Positions 46,002-58,252 are shown, counted from the whole stretch's first letter. The stretch is 62,465 nucleotides of DNA, filler included, from 13 parts of 13 records of this genome joined end to end with filler, not necessarily neighbours in it, one strand, 5' to 3'. Notes: generated by a model not told the origin, from the letters alone. Made by a program: numbers and translations.

Positions 46002-47502
46002 ATGCGTAGTGTCCTGCTGACCGCAATGGCCGTGTGTGCGGACGGCGCCAACCTGTCGTCCGTGCGGGGGGTGGCCGGGGCCGGGTGGCTCCACCTGGAG
46101 GACTGGATGTTCTCCTGGCCGCCGGCCCAGGGCCTGCCGCCCCCCGATTACCCGTACAGCCTGGTGGACACCCAGCGCGGCTCGCCGCAGGGCCGGCTGT
46201 TTCCCAGCGACCTGTACCGGGCCCACCCGTTCGGGGCAAACTATTCGACTATACGCCCGTGGTACTCGGAGGGCGATCTAGTCACCCAGACTGTCCAGGC
46301 ACTGGGCGTCGAGCACACGATCGAGGCCTTCCGGGCGCACCGGCAGCGCTACTGGACTGACCAGGATCTGGCCCTGATGCGGAGCCGGGGCATCAACACG
46401 GTCCGGCTGAACGTGGGTTGGTGGAGCTTCCCGACCTTCCCGCTGCCGCAGAGCGAGATCCTTGTGCAGGACCTGTGCTACGCCAACAAGACGTTCGTCA
46501 CCACCTCCCAGCCCTTCCTGGAGCAGCTACTGGACCGGATGGCCGCACACCGGCTGCAGGTGCTGATTGACATTCACGCAATGCCCTGCGGCAGCTCGGA
46601 CGGCACCTACAACGGGGCAAGCCACTGCCAGCGCTTTGGGCCTGACCTACTTGGCAGGTTTTCCCTGAGCCACCCGTGTTCTTCAGCACCGCGACGGCCC
46701 AGACGTACGGGTTCCAGGTGGTGCAGAACATGTTGGACTGGTTCTTGCAACTCTCACCCGCGCGGCAACGAGTGGTGCACGGCTTTACGCTGGTGAGTCT
46801 CACCGCTGCACGGAGCTGACTGAGCGCAGATGAACGAGCCCGGGCACTTGCTGGTGCCGGGGTATATCCACAACGCTGACCCGATTGTCCGATGGCTCCA
46901 GCAGAGCGTTGCCACATACGTGCAGAAGGTGGTAGAGAGGGTCAGCGAGCCCCCGCTGCTGTACATGGTGAGCCGGCCGCTGCGGCCCTTGGATGATGGC
47001 TGGGCAGAATATGATCGATACGGCATTCGGGGTATTTCCGGACACATGTATCGACCACGGGATCGACCCAAATGACCGGCTCCAGTGCATGGCGTATGTG
47101 CTGGCCCAGGACTGCGGGCTGGCCAATAAATCGTGGGCCGTGTTCGACGTGCACCACTATTTTGCTTGGGACAACGGACAAGGCATTCAGAACTGCGGCT
47201 CTGACCAGAACTTGACCGGATACGTTGACGACGGGATGTATTCGTTCACGGGGGAGATCATCAAGACCGGGCGTGAGGCGGGGCTAATGAACTTTGCGAC
47301 CTCCGAATGGAGTTTAGCCACTCACCGGAACGACAGCGTGTCGTGTGGAGCGGAACACGAGGCCTCAATAATGTACGAGCAGCAAACAAAAGCGTTCCGT
47401 GAGCAAGGGTTTGCCAACTTTTTCTGGGGATGGCGCATGCCGTTTGGAGGCTGGCACGAATCCAAGTGGTCGCTCAAATACTTCATGACTAACGAGCACT
47501 AA
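46002..47502 (+). CDS. Secreted GH5 glycoside hydrolase (exo-beta-1,3-glucanase-like)
   Basis: GWLHLEDWM, GINTVRL.VGWW, LIDIHA, acid/base NEP, DVHHY, nucleophile SEWS, FFWGW; three introns including GC-AG 46617-46657. Confidence 0.9.
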
Positions 47503-47605
47503 TAAAAGTTACAATTATGATTTATAATTATGGTTACTATTTTCATTGCTGAAATCCATTAGCAATACTCATCGCTGGTTTATCAATTGAATTGCTAGCT
47601 TATGT

Positions 47606-47772
47606 CTAGCTGCGGGTAGTGTACCACATCGGGATGCAGTCCATCTTGCTATCAAAGAACATATTTTCGATGGTCAAAACAGCGGACACGTCCCAGCCGC
47701 TGAGGTCCTGGTCAAAGTTGCTGGCACCGCGGATCATCCAGTCCATGTTAGTGACGTTGGACACGTCCCAGC
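47606..47772 (-). CDS. DUF285-type surface-repeat protein, C-terminal fragment
   Basis: Minus strand reads WDVSNVTNMDWMIRGASNFDQDLSGWDVSAVLTIENMF; not in the ORF track. Confidence 0.8.
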
Positions 47773-47872
47773 NNNNNNNNNNNNNNNNNNNNNNNNNNNN
47801 NNNNNNNNNNNNNNNNTTAATTAATTAANNNNNNNNNNNNNNNNNNNNNNNNNNNNNNNNNNNNNNNNNNNN
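47773..47872. other. Artificial contig spacer
   Basis: Same linker. Confidence 0.98.
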
Positions 47873-48545
47873 GGGGAGGGCGGGCTGACTCGGGCCGGGC
47901 ACAGAAAGGGCCCTGGCTCAAGCATATATGGGAGGGGCTGACTGGCGAGATAATCACGGCTACTGAGTCGTTCTTGAGTGGAAACGAGGGCATGCAGCTG
48001 CGAGGCATAGACTTCAGGCAGTATCTGGACCCAGTGGCCCAGAAGTCGCTGGGCGCGCTCAGATTTAGCGAGAAAGCGGTCGATTATAGCCTTGCGAACA
48101 TTGTGCATCCGGGTGCCGGGCGGTGCCAGCAGTCAGTGAGCGGGAGGCAGGTGCACTGCTGCTGGTCATCGACGAGGCCACTGCTGAGCTGATGAAGATG
48201 ACGATTTCGCCGATGATGACCACTAGCCAGCTGATACTCAAGAAGTACCTGGCCTCGGAGATACACGTCGGCGAGACATACCGGGTGGAGGTGGTTACTA
48301 CACAGAACGTACCGGAGAAGCCGGTGGTGATTTGCGAGTGCGCAATCACCAAGTCCGATGGCACTGTTGTGGCAGCTGGCGAGGCCCACATGGCAGATCT
48401 CTTCCGTATCAGGTACGAACGTCTCTTCCTGCCCCCACCCAGCCTGCGTTTTAGCTCATATCTTAGCACTAATGTTATTAAGGTCTTGTGGTGCAGGCCC
48501 AATGCTACTGAGTTGCGGAAGGGCATGTTATACCAACTACGGTAG
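47873..48545 (+). CDS. Hotdog-fold (PaaI/THEM4-like) thioesterase (5' partial, 3' end uncertain)
   Basis: IVHPG|ALLLVIDE (variant of HGG..DE) across a short intron; DGTVVAAGEA terminal strand. Confidence 0.65.
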
Positions 48546-48787
48546 AGGTGAAGCTGCTTGCGCATCTTACCAAATGCTCGTAAAATGCTTATACTCGTAC
48601 AATGCTCGTACCGGTAGATCTTTTATAGTTACATAATCATTACATGTATTTCAGATTATTTTAAAACACTCCAACGTACACGGAAATACTGTACATGTAA
48701 AAATAATGCAAAGTAGTAGTACTTGAGATCTCATGATGTCCAGTATTTGATTTATTTCATGTCTTCAGAATCTAAACATGAGTCTCC

Positions 48788-51660
48788 TCATATTTTTAAG
48801 CTCTTCAAGGTGCCAAGATGGCTCTGCGTAACTTCCTCGAGCGCCGCACAAGACTCGAGGTAACTTGACAAGATCTCCTTTGCCACCTCAGCCTCATACT
48901 GGGCATGACCCGAATCTGAGCCTGGCTGCCCCGTGAGTCCCTCTGAATTCGAGATTGAGTCTTTGAGGCCTTTGATTGTCGAGCCAATCTGCGTGAGGAC
49001 CGCACCCATGCTGCTGTGCCACTGGTGAGCAGATCCGACAAGTGCGGTCCGCATCTGCTGGCCTGGGTCCGACTGGTTGGCCTTGTTCTTGCCCTTCGAC
49101 TTGGGCTGCTTGATCTTGTGCTGCCAGGCCTGCATGCAGATGAAGCAGCCAGGGATCACGATCACCAGCAGCTCAGTGGCCAGACTAAACAAATCCGGGC
49201 TGATCGGGGCCTCAAATCGGGACAGCGCTTCGCACACCCGGCCAGTCATCTCCTGCAGCGCTGAATCGGCCTGCCCAATACTTTCGACTGGGTCCAACTC
49301 GCATTCACGCGTGCCGGTACTCAGGTCAGCACACGACAGTGCGGCCGTGGCAAACAGCGCATGGCTGAGCGGCTCGGGCAGTCCACTGGCTGCCAGCTCC
49401 TCCACTGCTGGCATTGTCAATCCACCGGAGATCACCATCCGGACCCCTCGAGCCGCTGCGAGCCTCTTCTGGGCCCGGGAGGCCTGCACCTCCGAGAGAG
49501 GCCGGGCCGAACCGCGTGCCGGGAGGGCGGGCGCGGGGTAGTCGAGGGCGCTCCAGTCAGGGACCGCGTACAAATCATCGTTGCAGAGCATCTTGGCAGG
49601 GTCAGCTTGCGACCAGTCCTGCGAGTCGATTGCATCCACCTGGCCAGTGGCCAGCATTTTGAAGAGCATGAGCAGCTCGGCAGTCCACTTCGCGTGTCCG
49701 AGCTCCAGCCTGTGCTGCATTGTGTAGAACTCTGAAAGCTTGTGGTACTTACCACTCCGGTAGCAGTTGGCTGCCAGGTCCGGAATGTCCTTACGCGCAT
49801 ACCGATGGAACACAAGTATCTGGCTACATAGCTCGCCCAGCCGGGGCAGCAAGCCCGCCCGATACAGTGGCTCGAGTACCTGGCCCTTGCTGGCTGGCCA
49901 GTCCGGCCTGCAGGCGGTACCTCATGCGCCATCGATTCAAACTGGATATGCTTTATGCTAAGCGAGCTGAAGATACGGAACGCCGCGGCCGGGCTGCCGG
50001 CCTCGCAGTGGAGCCGGAGCAAGCAGAGCTTGAACTCAAAATTGCTTTTTGAGAGTGAAATCCCTAAAACCGGGCTCAGGCAGGCAGTCGAGCATGTTGC
50101 CTTGCTGCAGGATCGCCATCGCCCGGAGGAGCGACGCCCGGCAGCCATGCTTCCGCCAGCGCTCGGCGAGCAGGCTGGCGGCCACTGTGAGGAGCAAGTC
50201 GTTGTGCCCCCGCTCGGACGGCTCGAGCTGATTGTTCAAATGGGCCCAACGATGGTACTCAGCACATAGCCGGTCGGCAGCGCTGTCGACAGTCTGTCGC
50301 TCCTGCCAATCGCACAGCAGCCCAAGCATCGACTCCACCACTAGCAGGGTGCACTCCAGCCTGCCCCCACCTCTGGCCCGGCCCGAGCGGCCCGGCACCG
50401 CAGCTTAGACAGTTCGTCCATGTCCGCTGCCAGCTGCAGCTTTGCTTCCTTCAGCCGTGTCTGCAGCCCTTCGCGAGCGTCAGGAGGCACCAGTCGCAGG
50501 TACTGCTGCAGATCGAGCCCACAGCAGCCCTTGGTCCCGAACCGGCTGTAGTAGCCCACCAGCTCGTCCAGCAGCGGATCCAACTGATCGTTCTGACCCG
50601 CTGCAATTGCGCGACCAAACACCTCCAGCCGCAGCAGAAGCGGGCCGCGCTTCCGGCGCTCTGCCAGCTGGTCCAGCTCAGCCGCCAGCGCTAGCCCCGG
50701 TTGGATCCAGTCGTCAGGCTGGATCGCCTGCGTAGCGTCCAACCAGCTTGTGAGGAACTGCCAGTTGTCGCAGTTGCCAGACCGAACCAGCTGCTCGATC
50801 AGCTCTCGCGCAGGCTGCTGGCCGTCGGGCATCTGGAGCAGCAGCTCGGCGCGCATGAACTGGAGCTCCCACTCGCCGTTGTCGCCTATGGCCTCCAGGC
50901 TAGCCTCAGTTGGGATGATTGCTATCGCCTGCTCGAGTCGGTTCAAGTCTTGCAAGACCTGCTTGTGCAGCAGCTGGATATCAATCCCCTGGGCCAGCCC
51001 GTCGGCCGCCGCCTTCTGGAGCATCCGCTCGGTCAGCTGGAGCTGCATGTCCTTCTCGGCCGGACTGCGCGACAGCGTCGCCTGGCAATGCATGCTTGCC
51101 ACCCCCCAGAAGTAGTACCGCGGCTTGTTGAACTGCTTGTACAGCTTGCGGGCCGCCTGCTGCTGCTTGGGGAAGTCGTTGTCCCGGATATGTCCGTTAA
51201 ACACCTGACTGCCGAACTCCTCGTTATCTGGCTCTGCCGCCCATGCCCGCTCGTACATTGCAGTACCCTTCAGCGCTGCCCGCCCCGGTCCAGGCCAGCC
51301 GCGGATGCCGCCCTACCGACGTTGTTGCTCTTGAGCACCAGCAGGGTCGTGGACAGCGCCGATTCGTCGGTCATTCCGGGGTGGGCGGCCAGCACCTGCC
51401 AGGCCTCGCCGCCAGCCGGCGGCCGCGCGCGCGCCTGGTCTACTAACTCGAGCGCTTCGACGTTGCGGCCCATCCGGTCGAGCGTGACGGCCTTCAGCGC
51501 CTGGCCGACGCGGTGGGCCGGCGGTGGGCTGGTGGCGGGGCACCAGCACCAGCGGGGGTGTCTTGGCCTTGGCCTTTTTGATCATTTGGTCGCATAGCTT
51601 CAGCGACTGCTTCAGGTTGCCGCTGTCGATCGCGTCGTAGACTGCTTGCAGCTTGGACAT
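48788..51660 (-). CDS. NAA25: NatB N-terminal acetyltransferase auxiliary subunit
   Basis: VYDAIDSGNLKQSLK, ALKA..L.RMG, LYKQF..RYYFWGV.S, YY.RFGTK.CC..DL, LSIKHIQFESMAH; several short introns. Confidence 0.88.
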
Positions 51661-51740
51661 GCTGGACAGCCACCACAACAGCCAACCCGCTGCCGCTACA
51701 ACCAGCGCAGCCAACCAGGCTGCCGTCTCCGCACCAGCCC

Positions 51741-51840
51741 NNNNNNNNNNNNNNNNNNNNNNNNNNNNNNNNNNNNNNNNNNNNTTAATTAATTAANNNN
51801 NNNNNNNNNNNNNNNNNNNNNNNNNNNNNNNNNNNNNNNN
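51741..51840. other. Artificial contig spacer
   Basis: Same linker. Confidence 0.98.
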
Positions 51841-51858
51841 CTGCGGTTCAATGGCACG

Positions 51859-53454
51859 ATGGCTGCCGACCTGGCGGAACAAGCCGGCCTGATCAGCCCT
51901 GTGGCGATAGCTGCAGCGCCTGCTGGCAGCAGCCCAGTCGTGGCTCCCCTGCCCCCACCCCAGACTGATGTCCCGACCTTCAACTTCAGTGGCGCCAGTA
52001 GCAGCACAGCTGCGCCTTTCAGCTTTGGCGGTGCGAGCAGTGGTGCAGCTCCGACCTTTGACTTTGGGTCCACGGCACCCGCAGCTGCGCCCTCGAGCAG
52101 CGGCTTCCAGTTCAACTTCCAGACCACAACCACCCCTGGTGCCCCAGCGTTCAACTTTGGCAGCGCAGCAGCCGACACTACTGACTCGGCCAGCGCGGCT
52201 GCGCCGTTCCAGTTTAAATTCACGCCTTCGGCTGGCGGAGCAGCTCCAGGTGCAGATGACGATGACGATGACGATGACGAGGATGAGGAGGGCGATGAGG
52301 ACTTCGAGGAGTTTGACTTCGACGAGGACGACGAGGACGACAGCTGGCTGTTTGCTTCAGAAGAGGTGGATGCAGATGAACTGCGAGAAGGGTTTGGGTG
52401 CGACCAAGCGGTGGTGGTGAAGCTAAACTGCAACAAGACACAGTCTCTGGACGACGTAACCAAGGTGCTTCAGACCCAAGCCAAAAAGTGCATGAAGGAG
52501 CTTGAACTCACCAGGAGCGACGAAGCAGCTGCAGAAGGCTCCGGGCCCGAGCATGCTAAGAAGGTGATTCGTGCGCTGGTTGGGTCAGACGGGTTGGTGG
52601 TGGCATTCAAGACGCTGCCACCCAAGAAGAAGCTGGCAATTGGCGCTGTGGCCCAGTTGCTCCAGTGTGTGGGCGCAGTCGTGGACGAGCTTGCACCGGA
52701 GGAAGAGGACGAGGATGAGGAAGATGAGGAGGATGGGCCGCCTCTGCTGGTGGCTGTGCTGGAAGGTTGGCAGGAGGAAAGCATCGAGGGGCCTTCAATT
52801 GAAAACCCGGACGAGACAGTAGAACTGGAGGTATCGCCACTGGAGGAAGACGACGATGGCTGGGTCTACAGCTGCGATCCTGAGACGGGGATCGCGGAGA
52901 TGAAGGCTGGGCTTGGGGTGGAAGACGACCAGCTTCAGATAGTCGAGCTGGACGCCACTGGTTGGACTGGTCTTAAGCCTGTGGCGGCTGCACTCAAGGA
53001 AGCCACCGGGAAGGGCCAGGCGCTCAAACAAGGCAAAGGCGTCACGAAGCTGCTTCAAAAGAACCTGACGCAGCTGTGCAGGGAGGGGTTGGTGTTGCGT
53101 ATAATTGTGGATCAAGGGGACGAGAAGGCTGTAAATGCTGTGTGTCAGCTGCTTCAGTGCATTTTCACAGTCACTATGGAGATGGATGAGAACGAGGAGG
53201 AGTATGGCTGTGTAGCGGCGTTCCTCCCAGGCTGGCAGGGGACGGTTATTCAGGGCCAGGCTATTGAAGACCAGCAGGAGATGGTTGAGTTGCCTGTGAT
53301 TCCCTTTGACGACGACCAGGCTGAAACAATGACCATGGAGGAGCTGCAGGCAGCCCTCGGTCCAGAGGGTGTCGAGGCGCTGATGGGCAAGCTCCAGGGC
53401 CTCGAGCTTGCAGAGCCTTCGAAATCCAAAGGCGGGAAGAAGAAAAAGAAGTAA
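51859..53454 (+). CDS. Very acidic hypothetical protein with FxF repeats and a duplicated domain
   Basis: 531-aa ORF; FNF/FSF/FDF/FQF repeats, poly-D/E tracts, two copies of AVxQLLQC..GWQ..I.G..IE...E.VEL.V.P, basic C-terminus. Confidence 0.8.
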   Translation: MAADLAEQAGLISPVAIAAAPAGSSPVVAPLPPPQTDVPTFNFSGASSSTAAPFSFGGASSGAAPTFDFGSTAPAAAPSSSGFQFNFQTTTTPGAPAFNFGSAAADTTDSASAAAPFQFKFTPSAGGAAPGADDDDDDDDEDEEGDEDFEEFDFDEDDEDDSWLFASEEVDADELREGFGCDQAVVVKLNCNKTQSLDDVTKVLQTQAKKCMKELELTRSDEAAAEGSGPEHAKKVIRALVGSDGLVVAFKTLPPKKKLAIGAVAQLLQCVGAVVDELAPEEEDEDEEDEEDGPPLLVAVLEGWQEESIEGPSIENPDETVELEVSPLEEDDDGWVYSCDPETGIAEMKAGLGVEDDQLQIVELDATGWTGLKPVAAALKEATGKGQALKQGKGVTKLLQKNLTQLCREGLVLRIIVDQGDEKAVNAVCQLLQCIFTVTMEMDENEEEYGCVAAFLPGWQGTVIQGQAIEDQQEMVELPVIPFDDDQAETMTMEELQAALGPEGVEALMGKLQGLELAEPSKSKGGKKKKK

Positions 53455-53698
53455 AGCTTTTTGGAGCCAGCGTTACGTACAACGATAGAGCGCATCTAGA
53501 GCACTCTTTTGCAATGATTCATAATGTTAGAGTGGGGTGATCAATGTTCCAAATTGTATGGTCACATGTACAATCACGCATTCACACCCGGTTACTTAAT
53601 AAATTACTCATGCTGATTTATCATAATTCCAGTCGTGCACCACTAGTCTTGCACTCGCCATCCTACATGTATGTACTCCATCTGTATCGTGCTTTGCA

Positions 53699-54941
53699 TC
53701 AAGTCGGGCTTGCAGTTGGACTTACAACTGGACTAGCAGCTGGTGGTGACGGCGACGGCGAGGAGTCCGAGGAATCACCCTGGACACGACCACGGTTCGG
53801 GGTCACTGGGGCACACAACAGCTCAGGTCTGCGCCAGGAGATGGCGGGGCCACCAGACCAGCACCACCTTAGGCTCATTGAATGAGCCTCGGTGGAGCTG
53901 GACGGTTGGCTAGCGCTGCCTACTGCCACATCCTGCAGGGCGCGGGGCTCACCTCGAATAGGCCCAGTTTCCAGGCAATCAGCGCGAGCAGGGCCACGGC
54001 GACGAGGCACATTAATATCGTCATCCTCACTCGCTTCCAACACATGGCCTCCTTTATCTTCTGGGCCTGCAACCGCAGTCAGCCCCAGAAGCAACAAACA
54101 TACCTTGTCCGCGAACGCACTGGCCAGGTCGACAAGCTGCTCGGACAGCTTAACCTGGTCCTCGAGCGCAGCATTCCGGGCCGCCATGCTATCTATGTTC
54201 TTCTCCATTAGTGCCTGCGGCCCAGTTAGTCAACTTCGGTGAAGCGGCAGCGCCTTGTTCTTCTCGATCTGCGCCAGGATCTGGTCCGTGAGCGCTATCC
54301 CCTCGCCGTGCCTGCCCCGCACACTCCCGGCCGCGCGACAGCCTGCCGCACTTTTCTATGACGGCCACGACGTTGTTCCTGATTATCGACTTATTGTTCA
54401 GCACGCCGGCCCCCATCGTAACCAGCTTGTCCTCGTCTATCTTGCACTCCTCTGCCAGCCAATCTGAGCCGGCCGCGCCGCCCAGCCGGGCACCGATCGC
54501 CGTGCGAAAGTTCTCGTCCAGTTCGCGCAGAAATTTGCGCATCACCCCCTTGTTGTACGACAGCGGCGCAAACACTGGGGAGCAGTCAGCCAGGCACCAG
54601 CGGCTGACCACCGAAGAAGATGACTCCCAGGTTGTCCTCGCGCCGGTAAGCTATGTACATGTTGTGAGGTGCATTCACCTGCGGCCAGCCGTCTGGTCGA
54701 GCCAGGCTGCTCCGGGCACCTTGATGATCTTCTCCGGCATCGACTTCATCGCCTTGGCACTCATCATCTTCATCGCCAGATCCTCAAACTCGGCCTGCCA
54801 GCCCAGTCCGCCCGCCCTGGCCGCCGGGGGCACGTGGGTGGGCGCGCGAGTGGGCGCGCCGACCCACTTGACGAAGATCATCTCCTCGTTGGCCTTGTTG
54901 GCCACAAACACCGCATACGGATAGCCAGGCTTCACCGACAT
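53699..54941 (-). CDS. Longin R-SNARE (VAMP7-like); last exon uncertain
   Basis: Longin-like N-terminus (RKFLREL..NF); SNARE helix K|ALMEKNIDSMAARNAALED..SEQL...ASAF with zero-layer Arg; MCWKRVR followed by a TM helix; many micro-introns. Confidence 0.8.
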
Positions 54942-55092
54942 GGCGGCCCAGCTGGGCTGCGGCCCGGCCGATCAGCCCGCGACCGCGAGCTCGCCTCCCA
55001 GCGCTGAGCGCTGCAGCTCCCTGTGCCGGCTGTGTGGCAGTCCGAAGGAAACCGTTGGCGAGATCAGATTCGCAGCTTGTCGCCCCGCTCCA

Positions 55093-55349
55093 ATGATCCA
55101 CGAGTTTGAGAGCCCGCCAGTGGGGGCCAACAACGTGCAATGGTCGGAGGACAACCAGATCCTAGTGCTCGTGGGCTGCCAGGCCTGGGTAATCGACCCA
55201 ACCAGCCCGCACACAGGCCCGGCCGCCTTTCACTCCCAGCCGGCCCTCAGCCGCCCCACTCTGGACGCGCCGGTGTTCCGTGACGCGGCCTGGTCGCCCG
55301 CCGGTGCGCACGGGTGCATGTTGGCCGTGGTCACCAGTGCGCATCGGAT
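55093..55349 (+). CDS. Beta-propeller N-terminus, TFIIIC delta/GTF3C4-like (3' partial)
   Basis: VQWSEDNQILV..VIDP and AAWSPAG..CMLAVVT resemble the TFIIIC90 N-terminal pattern. Confidence 0.5.
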
Positions 55350-55449
55350 NNNNNNNNNNNNNNNNNNNNNNNNNNNNNNNNNNNNNNNNNNNNTTAATTA
55401 ATTAANNNNNNNNNNNNNNNNNNNNNNNNNNNNNNNNNNNNNNNNNNNN
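55350..55449. other. Artificial contig spacer
   Basis: Same linker. Confidence 0.98.
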
Positions 55450-55499
55450 GTACGGTAACAGAAACTTTAAAACAAGTGTCAACTTGACCGGTGTATGAT

Positions 55500-56275
55500 G
55501 TATCTCAGGCTGTCCAGTGCATCGTTAGCAGCTCAACGTGTATCCATAGATCGAAGCATGTCCCGTTCTTGTTTAGCTCTAGACGGCTTTCTCGCTAGAG
55601 TCTTGCCGACTGGCTCCATTTTTGGGCTTGGAGGTATGGACTTCGAGCGACGGAGGGCTCTTTGGTCCTCCGAGCTGCCTCATGGTCACCCAGTCATCCA
55701 GCGAGTGCTCATGGCCGGCCTGTCGGGTGCTCGCGCGTTGGCCTGCCGCTACCAGCTGCGTGAGCTGCCCAACCGTGGTTTTGCCGTCCACCTAAAATCC
55801 CCAACTGCTCTGTGCTGCATTAGAGGGGAGCGGAGGACCGTCACGCTCAAGAGCTCGCCACCAGGCAGCTCCGCGGTTACTTTCTTGATGGACAGTACCA
55901 TGCTGTCATCCACACAGGTGCCCTGTCCGCTCCCCTTTCCCCTTCGCCTCTCGGCGTGTACATACCACGCGGGCCACTCCCAGGAGGAGATGCCTGAGGA
56001 AGCGCGAATCCTCCAGCTTGCACCGCAGTCCGGGCTTGCACACGCCTGGCTCCGATGGGCTGGGCTTAGCCGCCGCGGCCAGCTAGCACCGGCGGTCTGG
56101 CAGCTCCCGCCGCACTTGTCGCCGATCTCGTGATGCGGCTACGGCGGGTTAGCAGGGACGGGGGGAGGGGTTGGACCTGGTCTAGGTTCTGCGGGCACAC
56201 AAACATGGAGAATCCACTGGCTACCGCCGCTACACAAACCAGCCCAAAGCACACCACTCGAGTGCCAATCGCCAT
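55500..56275 (-). CDS. Secreted protein with IGFBP-like cysteine motif (3' end uncertain)
   Basis: Signal MAIGTRVVCFGLVCVAAVASG; spliced product GDKCGGSCQTAG|VCKPGLRC...GTCV; introns carry GCTAAC/GCTAAG branch sites. Confidence 0.6.
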
Positions 56276-56351
56276 AGTGCAGCTGCAGATTCCTTTGCGT
56301 GGCACAGTGTGGAATTTTTATGGTTGGATTTGCTTCCAAGTTCGGGACGCG

Positions 56352-58252
56352 ATGGAGCTGCGGCACGAGACGTCGATGGTGTTCCACAACCGGGAGTACC
56401 TGCTCAATCTGGAGGTCGAGGCTGATGCCGACGCGCTCAGCCTTTCGGTCGAAGACAAGGCCACGGGCGAACGATGGCGCGGCCAGTTCAGCTCGCGCTG
56501 TGCGCTGTGTCGCGGGCCGGCTGAGTGGTCCGGGGCAGACATCGAGGAGATCACGCACAAGACGGGCAACTTTAAAAAGTTCAGCGTGTTCCTCAAAATG
56601 CTGGTCACTGCCATGTCGCCGCCAGGGAGCGAGACTGTGTTCGTCGACCTGCTCACCTACAACGACTTGGAGATGCTGAAGAACCGCAAGGCGCGCAATC
56701 CAGCAGGCCCGGTGAGCAGCAGCGCCAAATCCAACAACAAGCGCTACCTGATCCTGACTTATGCCGTAGAATTCGACAGGCGCCCAGCCCTGGGCAGGCG
56801 GCGGGCTCAGCCAGGTCCGGGCAGGGTACATTACCCGCTCCCACTGCAGTTCGACGCCCACCCGGACACCGACGCTCTGCAGCGGACCATTGAGCGCCTA
56901 CGCAACGAGCTGGCCGCCGCCAACCAGCTCTCGGCCCGGCTGGTGCCATCCCATGGTGCCTGTTGCTCCGAGCTCTGACTCGGCACTTGCAGCCGGGTAC
57001 CGAACCTGACAGCGACAGCCCAGCCATACACACCGAGTGCGCTGTATTGAGATCCACGTCTGATGAACTGGGATGCAGACTGGAGTCAGCGCTGGCTAAA
57101 GTATCACGCCTGGAGGCAAAGCTGAAAAAGGCGGATCAGCAGTCAGAGCCGGTGCACTTTCTCCAGCCCGTGCAGCCATAAGCGCCCGATAGGTGGACGA
57201 GGCTACGGGCACCAGCCAGCGGCTTAAGAAACGCGTGGGCGAGCTCGAGGTGCCGCACCCGGGCCGTTGCCCTGACTATATTACAGGCGGAAATATCTCA
57301 GCTCAAGCGCACCTCAAGCAAGAAGGGCAAACAGATCAACAAACTGTCTGAGGAGCTCGAAAAATCCCAACAGGTACGCTCACCCGCCGCTCGCCGTTGA
57401 GACCGTCCAGGCCGAGCGTCGATTCCGGCTCAAGTGTCGCGATCTCGCATCAGAGCTCCAGCTCCATCAGCGGCAGAGGCTCTCACCAAACCTTGCCGCT
57501 GACCGCCGGAGCAGCTCGCCCGGCTCGCGCACCAGTAGTCGGGAACGCCAGCGCGGCGGTTTTGTGGCTCCCCGCCCGTCATCGGCGCCAAACTCTCGCG
57601 CTGGTGCCTGCAAATGACCGCTAGCAATGGTGAGTCTGGGCTGTGCAGCCCCCCGGTTCGACCCGACAGCATACCAGCGGGAGAAAGAACGGCGCACCCG
57701 CGAGCGACTCTCGCGCATTGCGGCCCAGAAGGAACGGGAGATACGCGAGCATGGGCAGCGGTCAAGGCCCAGCTCCGCCGAGCGCAGCCGAGCAGGGTGG
57801 TGCCTTGTGTCGGCCGCCTTCTAAGCCAGTGCGGACAGATCCCGCTCCAATTCGGCTGAGCGGGCCCGCAGCCGGAGCGGTTCAAGGCCTAGCTTTGCTG
57901 AGCGACGGTCATCGACCGAGCGACAGCGCGGGCCGTCACCGACTGAAACAAGGAAGACGGCCGGCAGGGGGCGAGCGTCGCCAAGTGAGAGGAAGGGCCG
58001 AGGTCAGGGCTGCGCCTGCGGCCGGTTTAACGAGGGGTGTTAGAACGACCGAAGAGCGGCGGAAAGAAGCAAATAGAGAAGCAGACTCGTAAGGTGGTGC
58101 GAGACGTGACAAATGAAAAGACGGCGGCTGAGCTGTTTACCAAGACGAGCAAACGCCTGGAGGCTGACTCAGGCCTAGATGTCGAGATCTCGGACATTGA
58201 TGCCCGTTTGAACGCATTACAAGATTTCTTAAAAACAGCAAAGAAATACTAA
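56352..58252 (+). CDS. CCDC61: Centrosomal/basal-body protein CCDC61 (VFL3)
   Basis: WRGQF..|YIEEITHKTGNFKKFSVF, DLLTY.DLE.L, KRYLILTYAVEFDR|VHYPLPL, C-terminal DIDARLNALQDF. Confidence 0.92.

Noticed and set aside
55495..56133. Plus-strand 212-aa ORF as a gene
   Set aside because: No motifs. The opposite strand has a signal peptide, good splice signals and fits the divergent-pair pattern.
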